A DNA stretch of 64,000 nucleotides, from the NCBI GenBank assembly GCA_000320545.1, contig ADNK01000824.1:62001-126000 (forward strand). Direction: 5' to 3'. Source of the DNA: Bigelowiella natans CCMP2755. Taxonomy: Eukaryota > Protista > Cercozoa. This document shows positions 26,580-38,485 of the stretch, in pieces; the first letter of the stretch is position 1; the number at the start of each line of letters is the position of its first letter. Both the position numbers and the translations under genes were made by a program. Below the pieces are notes generated by a model, which was not told the DNA's origin, did not search any database, and was given only the letters and a program-made list of their open reading frames with translations.

Positions 26580-27449
26580 GTTGTGTAGGGAGGGGGGGCC
26601 ACACCTAGGAGATGGACGACCGCTTTTTAAGACGAAGAAGGGCACTTATTCTAGTAATATATCCTGAAAGAGCTGAATCCACTGATGACGACAAGAGATA
26701 AGGATGTCGTATGAAAATATTTAACGACGTTTCTATCTGGATAGCTCGCTGTTTGCATTGAAAGCACAATCGACGTGTGGGTGTGACTCTCTCAACTCAG
26801 ATTCAGTTACTAATTTGCATGATAATCTATAAACTAACTAGAATTTTAATATGCGTCAACATAATAATCGAGAATGAATTAAATATTCCGATTCAAATTC
26901 GCATATTAAATTTCGTGATCAAATAGAAAGTCTGGACAGCAGAAACTTTCCGCTCCCGCCGCTTTTTATATTTGAGTAAACTGAATACTTCGGGTATTAG
27001 TTTCTTGGCGCACGCAGCGAATGCGCTTCTTTCTCGCACTGCACCAGAGTTGAAGCTCTGTACCCGAGGCAATAGAAATACGATATTTGTAGGGTGTTTT
27101 ATTTCATAATTACTCTCGTACAGAATTGCGATCATTACTTTTGTTAGTTTCTTTGTTATCGAGTACCCTAAAAGTGATAAATTATCGATAAAACATCCAA
27201 ATAATCTGAACTATATTTCACACAACTCATCCCTAGGTCATTCACAACACTGTGGTTGGTGAGGTGGTGTGCGAGGGGGGTGGAGCTGAAGGGGTGGGCT
27301 GGGTTAGGGCCTTCACCGAATTTTATATATTGTTTTCCGGTTGAAATTTACCATAGGTATTTTTGAGAGTTGGATGAGGGCAAAATACAAAAATTTATTT
27401 TTTATTACTGCCCATTATCATCATCTTGCTTCCCTTTCAGGTCTCCACC

Positions 27450-27763
27450 ATGAAGACAAGATCCTCGTTGAAGAGGATGTGCCAGGGCTGCCGATTCGTT
27501 AGACGACGAGGAAGGCTTTTTGTTGTTTGTGGAAGAAATAAAAAACACAAGCAGAGGCAGGGGTTCTCAACTCTCACCGCCTCCTCACCGATCACATTTC
27601 CCACGAATAATCCGATTCCAGCCGTTGCATCGTCTGCTCCACCATCTTCTATCGCTACCTTTGCACGTTGGGTATAGATACATCCTCTACTTTATATGTG
27701 AATTTCATTTACTTAAAATCTAAAACAATGCTCTTATAGGCATTCCACCAACCTCAAAATTGA
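27450..27763 (+). CDS. rpl36: Ribosomal protein L36 (bL36), probably mitochondrial, with C-terminal extension
   Basis: [38 protein letters not shown] (CxxC...C...H zinc ribbon) followed by a Ser/Thr/Pro-rich tail. Probable 5'UTR intron ends at 27440; short last exon AFHQPQN*. Confidence 0.9.
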
Positions 27764-28057
27764 CGTCTCTGATGTGTAAGAATCTTGTGACTAGTTCCTG
27801 TGGGATTAAATTCATTTGTTTTCGGAAACGAACTTAGTCAATGTAATTCGAGGTGAAAGGATAATTTACATGTTATCATCAAGTTTTTACTATCCCTACT
27901 GACACAATTAGTGTCTCGACGTCGCGCGTATGGCATCGTACACATTATCTATCCCGCCTTGTGATGTCCACCACAGCTTGATCGCACCAGCATAGATATC
28001 ATTCTGCACACCATGCGCAAGTGTTATGACATACTGCATATAAATAAATTTAAATAT

Positions 28058-28063
<6 letters not shown>

Positions 28064-28115
<52 letters not shown>

Positions 28116-28116
28116 T

Positions 28117-28162
<46 letters not shown>

Positions 28163-28163
28163 G

Positions 28164-28230
<67 letters not shown>
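28064..28230. repeat. Compound microsatellite (TA)n(TG)n(TA)n(TG)n(GA)n
   Basis: Directly visible in the rpl36/CLU spacer. Confidence 0.95.
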
Positions 28231-28234
<4 letters not shown>

Positions 28235-29088
28235 GATAATCTGTACCAAAATAAAAGCCACATCTGTATTTGGGCCGCTACAAAATTACCTAGCGTATGT
28301 AACTAGATAAGGCTAGCGGAGATGTAATGTAGCGTCTTTTAGGCATAAATGCAGCAGGCGTTCACTATCTAGTTTATATATATATATATGTAGACGCTGT
28401 GTGCTAGCTAGCTAGTGTGGGTTGCACACATTCTGAGACATTCTAGCAGTACTCTAGTAAGCATTGCAACTTCACATGCATGGATTGTGCAATGTGTCAA
28501 TTGCATGTACGTGCTCAAGAAATACTAGCATCAATCAGTTAAGCAAAATGCGTGCTGTACGTATACGTACAATGACTAGAATGATTATGTTCAAAGCCTC
28601 GTATTATCTGGAAACGCTGAGCTACGTACACTAGTATATGCATGTACGATATGTGCATGTCTAGATGTGCATGACATCTGAGACACGCCGGTACGATGTG
28701 TCTAGACAAAGCGCTCCTCTTTCACCCAGCGTGCATCGCCTGATCAACGACGTCTAGACGTATTCATTATTCTACGACACACTTGAGCATAAAAGCATAG
28801 CATATTTAGATACACACCGCATGCACACGCTATGGTGCAATGTGTGCCAATTTACTAGTTTATGCCAGCGATGAAGATATCTAGATATGTTAAATGCTAG
28901 GCAGACAATATGGCCTATTTTATGCTAATAAGTCACATCGTCCGTTATCCCAAATTTATGCTTAGTCCAATGGTGCTTTGATCGATCACCTATCTAGCTA
29001 TTCCACGTATGCTAAGTGTGACAGACCGAACTGCCCAGCAGTATGGGGAAGAACTATCCGACTGTGTACTACATGCAGCATGGAAACG

Positions 29089-30089
29089 CTACTTAGCTAC
29101 GTTGTACGTCTTTGTCACACCAGGGCGAGCGCGGTGTTCATTGATGCCTGTCATCAATTTTGTTTTAGGCATCCACTTAGCATGAAGTTTTGGCGAAGGT
29201 GGCGATTGGCCTGCACCATACCGCTCTTGATGCTGCTTCTTCTTCTCGATGATGAAATTTCGAAAGCTCCGCGTCTTGGCGGTTTTCCGATATGAAACGA
29301 GATTTCGTGGGTCTTTCCGCCCGACGATATTCCAGCGCATGCCCCCGCTCTTCTTCACAACCCCTTCCACTTTCAAGTTGACGACGCTGCTTAGACTATT
29401 TTCGATCTCTGGTGGTAACGATTGGATGAAATTCTGTCGTACATCCAGTCGCTTCAATGCCTTAAGCTTTCCTACTTCTGCTGGAAGGGACTTAAGGTCG
29501 TTCTTTCTCAGCAACAGCGTCCTCAGACGCTTCAAATTTCCAATACTGGGGGGGATTGCGGCGATTTGGTTACTCTGGAGCAGCAGTGAGCGAAGGTTTG
29601 TAAGCCCGCCGATGGCTTCTGGGACCGAGATGAGATGGTTACCGTCTAAGTTGAATGTCTCGAGGGACGACAGATGCCCCCCGGTGCCAATGCTATCAGG
29701 TAGTGAATATAAACGATTGTAGCAAATCCTTAGATTTTGCAAAGAGGCAAGCTGATTGACTTCGTCTGGAAGCGACACTAGTCTGTTATTCTCGAGATCC
29801 AGCCTGAGTGTAGATGTTTTTCGAATGAATCATGATCGATCGCCGATGAGGTCGGTAGCTGCAATGCCCACCGTTCTCTAACATCCAATGCACCACTCAA
29901 TTGCTGCTACTACTTACTACGATTACTACTAACAAGTCACCTGCGCAGTTCCTTCAGCTTACCTAACGTCTTGGGCTTAGAGATTATTTGAAAGGCGTTC
30001 AAAACGACGCGTGAGCATAAAACATCATCTTTATTTTTATCGATGCAGACTGTAATAATACTAGTTAAAATGCCACAGGAAATGATCCA

Positions 30090-30151
<62 letters not shown>

Positions 30152-32079
30152 AAGAGAGTGATACACACACACCAATACATATTGCACACTCTCGCCTCTT
30201 CCATATGTAATAGTACCAAGGATACGATGTGGTTGCGGCGCAGCTCTAGGTTCTTCAGCACAGCTAAATCCCCAATGCTTTCAGGTAAAGACGTCAGCAT
30301 ATTCCCCGCGAGCGACATGGTAGAGATCCTGCTCAACTGGCCCAATTCGTCCGGAAGGGAAACGAGATCACTCGATTTGATCACGAGCTGCTGCAGATTG
30401 GCCAAGCTGCAAAACGACTTCGGCAGCTGGAAACTTCCACGTGAAATGTAAGAAAGCAGCTCTGGTCCTGAGTAGGAGGGAGGAGGGGGGGGAGGAGGAG
30501 GAGGAGGGGGAAATGCCTCGGTCTCCGTCATTCTCTTCTACCTTCCCCTCATCACTGAGGAAGTTGTTGGAGAAATTGAAAGTCTGGAGTCGGGAAAGAA
30601 TATTGGTACAACGCCGATCGCCAGTCCCGTTCTCCTCTCCCCCCCCCCCCCCAAGAGTCTCTGGTAGCGAGAACAACTGATTGCTGTCAAGATTCAGGTG
30701 TACGAGCGACGGCAGCCTGCCGATCTCGTCGGGAATGTTGGTAAGCATGTTGGTGGCGCAGTCGAGGGTGTGCAGACGCTGCAGAGGTGAGAAGACGCTC
30801 TTCCCTGGAAGGGAGACAAGCTTGTTCCGAGACACCTTCATCACCTCCAACCGGGTCAGCTTGCCCAACTGGATCGGGAGCGACCGAAGCTTGTTCCAAT
30901 GGAGATTTAGATGGCGGAGCTGCTGCAGCCGTCCGATCGTCGGTGGGACGACTTCCAGCATGTTAACGCTGAGATCAAGGGAGGTGAGCTGCGCGAATTC
31001 CCATGCCCACTCAGGTATGCGCCGCAGCTTCCTGTCGGCCGGGTGCTTGTAAACACCTCGCCTTTGCAAGATCACCTCCCACGATCTCATAGCAAACCTG
31101 ATGATTCGTTGTGCTGTCGCCACTTCAAAATCGTCATCCTCGTTATCATCTGCCTCCCCATCTTCTTCTTCTTCTTCTTCCCAGCGTTGCTGCTCCTGAG
31201 GCTTTGGAGGAGCTTCTTCGTGATCATCCGCTCCGCCTTCCTCCCTTTTCCGCATCTCAAATAGCTCGGTACCTGAATATAGAGCATGGGAGACGGTGGG
31301 GATGGGGAGGGCATCTTCATACGGAAACACAATGCATGCTTCCTCCTCTTCCTCCTCATTATCATCATCATCATCACAATCATCATCAACATCATCACAA
31401 CCCTCATCAAGACCACTGCGACGATACAACTCACAAAATCGCTGCTGACAGTCAAAACACCTAGTCGATCCAGCTGCTTAATGTCCACGGCCGCAGCACT
31501 ATGACTCCACGGAGCGTCGTTGAATCTTGCCACAACGTCAAGAATCCTGAGGGCTCTCACTGACAAGGGGCCCGCTCCTCCAGACCGCCTCAGCCGCTGC
31601 GATGACTCAAGACCGCGTAGCAGAAGCGGCCTAATCTTTGTGCTCCAGCAAGATGATCGTGCTGCTTCACCGTCAACACCGAAGGAGGAGGCGGATGGGG
31701 AGGGGGAGGGGGAGGACGAGGAGGCCGACGACAATGATGGTGGTTGCTTTATGTCTTCTGTTTGGTCCGAAGCAATAGGAATTGGGGAAATACTACTACT
31801 ACTATTCCCCCCCCCCCTCCTCCTACTACTACTACTACCACCACGTTGGGCAGCATTAACTTCTACTGTCGCAACGCTGCTGCTACGCGACGATGCTGCC
31901 CCACGACGTTTTGGACGTAGGGGCGGCTCAGGAAGTAGTTTCCTCGCATCGAGTACCAATGCACTCAAGCGCGCCCACTCCATGATATCCATCTCCTTGG
32001 AGCGAGGTTCCAGTAGCAGCAGGGATGTGGATGATGATGACGGCGACGATGGCGATGACGATGACGATGACAATGACAG

Positions 32080-32113
<34 letters not shown>

Positions 32114-33181
32114 GATGGTGCGCTGCTGGTTCTGCCGCTGTTGCTGCCTCTGCTGCCTGTGTTGGAGGTCTTAAATGCAGAGGAGGCCACGCGCACACCG
32201 CACGCACCGTCTGTTGTACACCATCTAAGTATCAAGTCCCAACAGGCATTACTCAGTTGAATCCCGGTTGCATCGAGGGCGTGAGACAGCACGAGTCTTA
32301 GGTGTCGCCGAGCGATTGTTTGGGGTAAAAGGTAGCTGCTGCCTTTGTTGTGTAAATTGGTGGCTGCATCACTGCTGCCTATATTCTTCCATCCCTTTCT
32401 TTTCCCTATTCGTCACATCACAACAACAAGAAGAGGAACAAGAACAACCAGGAGAGGAAGAAGTAGAAAAGATAGTCTTTCATTCATGATTCTCCTCCTC
32501 GTCCTCGTCGATAACGTGGCATACTACATGCCCATGCGCAGAAAATAATCCATGATTGCATCTTTAAAACTTCTACACCATCACAGTCATCATTACCTCA
32601 ATGAAAACAACAACAACAACAAAACCAAAAAAGCACATTAAAAAAAAATCCAGGAAAAACTGCCTGAGAAGTTCCGCCGGCAGCCTCGAATATAGCACTG
32701 CGACCAGGAAAAATTGGGAGGGTTTTGAAAGCGGCAGAGCCTAGATTGCCACGACCGAAGACGCGCCGCGTCCCTTACAAGCTGTGGATCACCGTATCCC
32801 TTCGTCTCTGGACCGGCCTTCTCCTTCCAGAGTTTCTCGACGAGGGTCACGTAGGTGAGGGGGTTCAGCTGCTGCGACTGGAGGTTAAAACCGGCGATGA
32901 CAGTTTCGAAGTACGACATGCTGATCCCACCGAATGACATGTACCTTCAGATATATAGGAAGACGGGCGGGGGGGGAAAGAAAGGGAGAGAGGATGGAGA
33001 GTTGGGCCATGCCCATCAGCAGCGTGTAAGTGCATACTAGGTATAATAGTGGAGATAAACAACGAGCATGGAAGAAAGAGCGTATGTTGGCGTGTGAGAG
33101 GGAGAACGATTCTTGGCATGCTGACCACGGATACAGCAGCTACTACCACAATGCTCCTCCTACTCACTATCTAAACATATG

Positions 33182-33227
<46 letters not shown>

Positions 33228-35819
33228 CATAACATACCAGAGCAAACTCCACAACGCCTCAGACCAGGTGCCCTCGAGATGGAAAAGCGATGCTAGTCGG
33301 TGTTGCCGATCTACCCATTCCTGATTGCTGGCCTCGCGTTTACTCAAACATTGCGCCTTTCGAAGTGCCTCGAGAGCTGCCACCGCAAGGTGATGCTGCC
33401 TTTTCCCTGTGCAGCGTTGAAATGAGTAGTATTAGTGTAAGAAGCACTACTGCTACCGCTGCTAGTTCTGCTACTATTATAACTACTACAACAGCTACTA
33501 CTACTAGCACCCATTTGGACCCGCTCATTGTCCTTCTTCTCGCTTCCCCCCCCCCCCCCCCCCCCCTACTACCACCAGGTTTCGTGCCGATGATAGTCGT
33601 TGTCGGTGTTGTCGCCTTCTTTGCATCGCCACACTCACAGTGCTCGAGCAGCAGCTGATCCCATACGCTGCCGTCAACGATGAAACGTGGAAAGCCAAAG
33701 CTCCTGAACAGGTCGGCAGCAACGCCCTCGCCCCAGAACCGTCTTGACCTCGCCTCAAACCGCCTCCCCATCAGGCAATTGAAGAAATCGGCCAGGCGGA
33801 CTGGAAGCTGATCGATTGTCGAGCGGCGAAGGAGGTCCTTCAGCTTATGCTTGAGGGACCTCGACACCATCTCCGCCATGATCCTGCTGTGGATCATATA
33901 GACGCCTGACTCTCTCTTCGTGTTTGCAGAGATAATCACGTCCCCACCCATCTTGCCACGCAGTGCCGTCACCTTGGTCATGAACTCCTCCTTCCTGGGA
34001 TGGAGCAGGACGAGCAGGAGGTGCCGGATTGGAAGCCCAACCTGGTGAAGAATGGCGGCCACATCGACGTGTCGAGGAACTTCAGCACCATCTCGTCGTC
34101 AGATCGGGCGGGATCTCATTCAGAATCTGACGCCTCCTCCACCTCCTTCATTATGGCGCGCACGGCTTTCTCCACCGTTACGCTGCACATGTGTCGCCTT
34201 CGAGAGGAGAGAGGCAAGAGGAGAGAGGCGGGAGGAGGAGGGGGAGGATAAGGGGGACGAACGGATGAGTGCAACTGTCTTCTTCTCCTTATTCCTTCCT
34301 CTTTTCACCATTACTATCGTCACACCACCACCACCACCACCATGCCATCGTCATCATCATCATCATCATCATTATTGTCGTCATCATCATCATCATCATT
34401 ATCATCATCATCATTATTGTCGTCATCATCATCATCATCATGACCACCACCATTCAGCTGCACGACATACGTAAGTACGTACGTGGCTTGGCTGAGATTC
34501 TCGAAGTGGATCTTCCTTTGGCGTGCCCCCCATCCTGTGAAGGTGTCGGAGCTCAGAGCCGGCAGCTGTGCATCCCTCATTTCACGCCTTAGAAACTCTG
34601 GGCGCAGCATGCGAAAGAACACGCTGCTGTGTACTGGACGAAGATGAGTAGTTTCCCTTGGGTCCTCAGGGGGTGCCCACCTCGCCAGATCTAACAAGTC
34701 TGATAAGGAACGTGGTGTATATAATAATATGTGTGTATGTGTGTGGCCAACGACAAAGAAGTCATACTACTGCTGATGACAATGATGGTGGTGGGTGGTG
34801 ATGATGATGACGATGGTGATAGGGTATTGAAAATCAACACATCAGAAGACATCTGATCGTCGTTAGATATGCTGCTGCACAGTGCCTGATGCTCAACTAA
34901 AATAAAGAAGATACAGTGTCGGTATTGGCGGTTCTGACTGCTGCCATGATATATCCTCTTCCTGCCATGCTTTCTCTCCTCCTTCTCCTCCTCCTCCTCC
35001 TCCTCTTTGTCTTCTTCTTCCTCCTCGGCGCGTTCTTGTGATGGCGGTGAGCAGCTGCTGCCTAATGAACACCTCAAGGACGAAGCTGGATTAGCGACAC
35101 GGTGGCCCTCCACATCTCCCTAATGGCAAATGTATTGGCAGCAGAGCCTGACTTAAATCATTGAGTCGATGGGACTGTCTACTTTGTGAAATGCATCGAT
35201 GATGACATTCTATTCTTCTTTGCTCTGCGCAGCTCGTCGCGCGCAGCATATTCACATTATTGGGAAACATTGGCTTTCCAGAAATGGTTTGTGGAAAAAA
35301 CAAGCCATTGACAACCACGCAACACAGCAGGATCAATCACCCCTGTCCAAAGCATGGTTCCGTGCACGTTGTGCTTGGCCAGATGCAGCTCAGCAGCTGC
35401 CTGTTGGATGCTTCTAGAGAAGGCCGCATCTGCATTTCGTATCGTTCTTCCACCGTCGTTGGATCCATACACAAGCTCGCTGCCTTCGATCGGGAGAATG
35501 GGCATGGCTACAACGCCTGAATGGTAGTTGTCAAGTTATCTCTAGCCTCTTCCTCCTCCTCCTCCTCCTCCCCCCCATCATCATCCAACAGCAATGGTTT
35601 GTCAACTTGGGGTGCGGGGAGACTTACGAAAGCCTCTGTAGTCGACGATTTTCTGCCACGGTACTTGGATGCGGATACCCTGTTTCAGGAAGAACTGGAA
35701 GGGGGGGAGGGGATGTTAAAAGATAATAGCAATAGTGAGGAGGGATATTCTGAAATAGCTAATGGCAGTAGTATAGTGGTAGTAGTCCATTGTACATTTC
35801 TCCATGTTTAACGACTCCT

Positions 35820-35860
<41 letters not shown>

Positions 35861-36135
35861 TGTGTGTGTGTGTGTATACAATGCGCAATTGATGATTTGT
35901 TTGTTGTTTGAGCACCGTAAAGAAAGCGTTGGCTCCATGCAGTTCGTGAGCAGCTGATTTTGACGCTCTGTCGAGGTCAGGGACCTCCCCACCAAACAGA
36001 TAATCACCCCCTTTCACGGGATCTACGGCCAGTTTGAAGAGAAATCCTTCCGCCATAACTTTCATAAATTTAGGACGCAATACATATTCGTTTGCACACA
36101 TAATACATACTTATGTATTTTCCCTTCACATTGAC

Positions 36136-36174
<39 letters not shown>

Positions 36175-36216
36175 ATTTATTATTTTTGGTTTGTGGACCC
36201 TCATACAGAGATAGTG

Positions 36217-36248
<32 letters not shown>

Positions 36249-37326
36249 GCCATTATCCGTCTATTCGTAAATCATCTGCACTGGGTATGCTATAGTCACT
36301 GCCTCTACTATGTTTCAAGAGGAGGAGGAGGAGGAGGAGAAGGAGGAGGAGGAGGAGGAGGAAAATAGGCTAATCGCACACACATTTAGTGCCTCCTGCT
36401 AATCCGCCAACATCAAGTGGAACGTATTTCCTCTTCTTTTCCTCCATCGACATCGTTGGTACATTTGAGTTTTTCCTTTGGGACTCTTGAGATGCCATTC
36501 TCTCACGCTCCGTCCTTCCCTTCCTTTCCTTTGATGATCCGAAGCTCATAAGTGCTGAATGAATAAAAGAAGCGCATCTGGGCATAAAAACGTTAAGCAT
36601 TTACCACACACTGGTTCTTATTATATGCAACTGCTGTTGTAGTCGTAAGCACAGAATTCTATCTCCTTTCTGTGCATTCGAATTCATATCCTGTCTGTGT
36701 CTCTTCAATTCAAAGATTCTTTAAAACACCATCGGCCATCTTAGCCACTCTGCTATGACTACTTACTACCTCGCCATTCGTTGTGGTTTTCGTCGACTAT
36801 TTCCCTCGCAATGGGAACCGCAACTGCATGTAATTAAACAAGCAGGAAAAGGAGTGACGATGGAGATTATTTGGACACAAACAATACTGTCGGGAGGGAA
36901 GATAGATAGATGCTCAGCAGAACATTTTGAAATGGGAGAATATTGTGAAGCGCCAAATATATCTAAATATGTTAATAAAAATATATGATTCATCACCAAT
37001 TTCTCCGCTTAATATAATTCGGCTCAAAAGTATTCATCGAAGAAGCTTAAGAATCCACCGCCACCACCACCACCAAAGACATATAAATTTGAGTCGTAGC
37101 AACACGTACAACCCTTGTGCATCTCGGATTGAAGTTTCGAGAGGAGCACCAACATCTCGCTCACAGTTTTGCATTCGAGTAGGTTATCGTAGCCTTCCGC
37201 CCACTTTGTGTTGTCATATCTGGGTAAAGGAGCACATGATGATGATCATTAAAAACAGGCTAGAATGATAACGAAGAAAGAAGATGATGAAGCTGATGAT
37301 AATGATTGTAACAGCGACGATGATGG

Positions 37327-37357
<31 letters not shown>

Positions 37358-37995
37358 AAGAAATATGTGAAATGTCCATGTAAGGATGTATCTAAACAAG
37401 GAGGGACGAGCATATCTTGGAGAACACCCACATATCACTCAACGCACCGCAATTTAAAATTTGCGTGACTCTGTGAGCGACGGTCCCCAGTAGCGGCAGA
37501 AGGTTTGCTAGAATCGAGGTCTCCAGGTTCAGCACATAGATTCTGATCGGAAATGGCAGCCAAAATCACAGGTGCGATTTCTCTTTGTATGGCCGTTTCT
37601 GTAAGATAGGGTGATGCTGACATACCAATTTATACGAATAGAGGAAGTTTTTGTCCCGCTTTTGGTACGCTTTCGCCCATTCTGGTTTACCCTGATCAGG
37701 GTGACATAAAGTGCATATTATTCATTCAATCTTTGCTCTAATCAAGAAAACAAATAAACCGGACGTCAAAATAACATGAGATCGTCAATTGGAAAATTAT
37801 GAGCACCTTATCTGAGTTTGTACTCGCTTTTATCGATTCTGGACTATCGCCTGACTCCCCAGCTTGCGCCGAATTCGCTGGAGGCAGGCTCTCTGTGACA
37901 GCAGCCCCATCTCGAGAATTTTGGTCAGATGGATCGACACCCGAAGCTATTCCCTTCTTTTCATCTTTCTTCGGATTTTTGACATACGCGTACAT
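29089..37995 (-). CDS. Large CLU (clustered-mitochondria)-domain protein with C-terminal leucine-rich repeats; 5' end uncertain
   Basis: CLU motifs GGLAGGTK, FLFKLAVD, KSAAHELHG, IVDYRGF, LVYGSNDGG, DVEGH, LDLARWAPPE, RMLRPEF, LHQVGLPIRHL, EMVSRSLKH. Then low-complexity Ser and acidic tracts, and many LxxLxLxxNxLxxLPxxIG repeats (29300-31020). Confidence 0.85.
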
Positions 37996-38485
37996 TATTC
38001 TCGTCCTATTTTCTCACGCACAGCTGATACATCCGGGCTCTCCCACCCTGAAACTGTGCTGCCTGGTGTCCATAAAATGTGGCATCGACACACAGCTGCT
38101 AATTCTCATGGTGCGACAAACTTTACTTCTTGTCGCAGAGAGATGATGACCAGTATTCACGCCCTGCTCATTGGCTTGCTGTGCTCGGAAGATTCTAGCT
38201 ATGTTCTAGCTTGTTGTTATTGTTATTGTTGTGGTCACCAGCGGACGCCCTTCGCAAAGTTACAGCCAGAAATATCGTAATTATTCCTGGAATAATAATG
38301 TAATAAGAGAGAGAAAAAGCCAGCCGCTTATTACTAAAAAAACGCCGAGGATCATCGCAAAAGGTGTTACTTTGATAACAAGGAATTCTTGGTCATGACA
38401 GATATTTCTGATAATATTTTATCGGCTTAACAACAGCTTGAATCGACTTCGATCGCATCGATTTTTGCCACGAACAAATGGAGCA

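Noticed and set aside
28680-28730. Minus-strand TTTGTCTAG followed by a small hairpin, resembling the U7 snRNA Sm site, between LSM10 and LSM11
   Set aside because: It lacks the leading AA of AAUUUGUCUAG. The upstream segment is purine-rich rather than complementary to a histone downstream element. CTAG words are abundant in this spacer, so chance is likely.
36600-36750. In-frame TAA in WPMVF*RIFEL suggesting stop-codon reassignment or a pseudogene in the CLU gene
   Set aside because: A phase-consistent splice from ...EIVDENHNEWR to ALMSFGSSK places this stretch in an intron, and TAA terminates other genes here.
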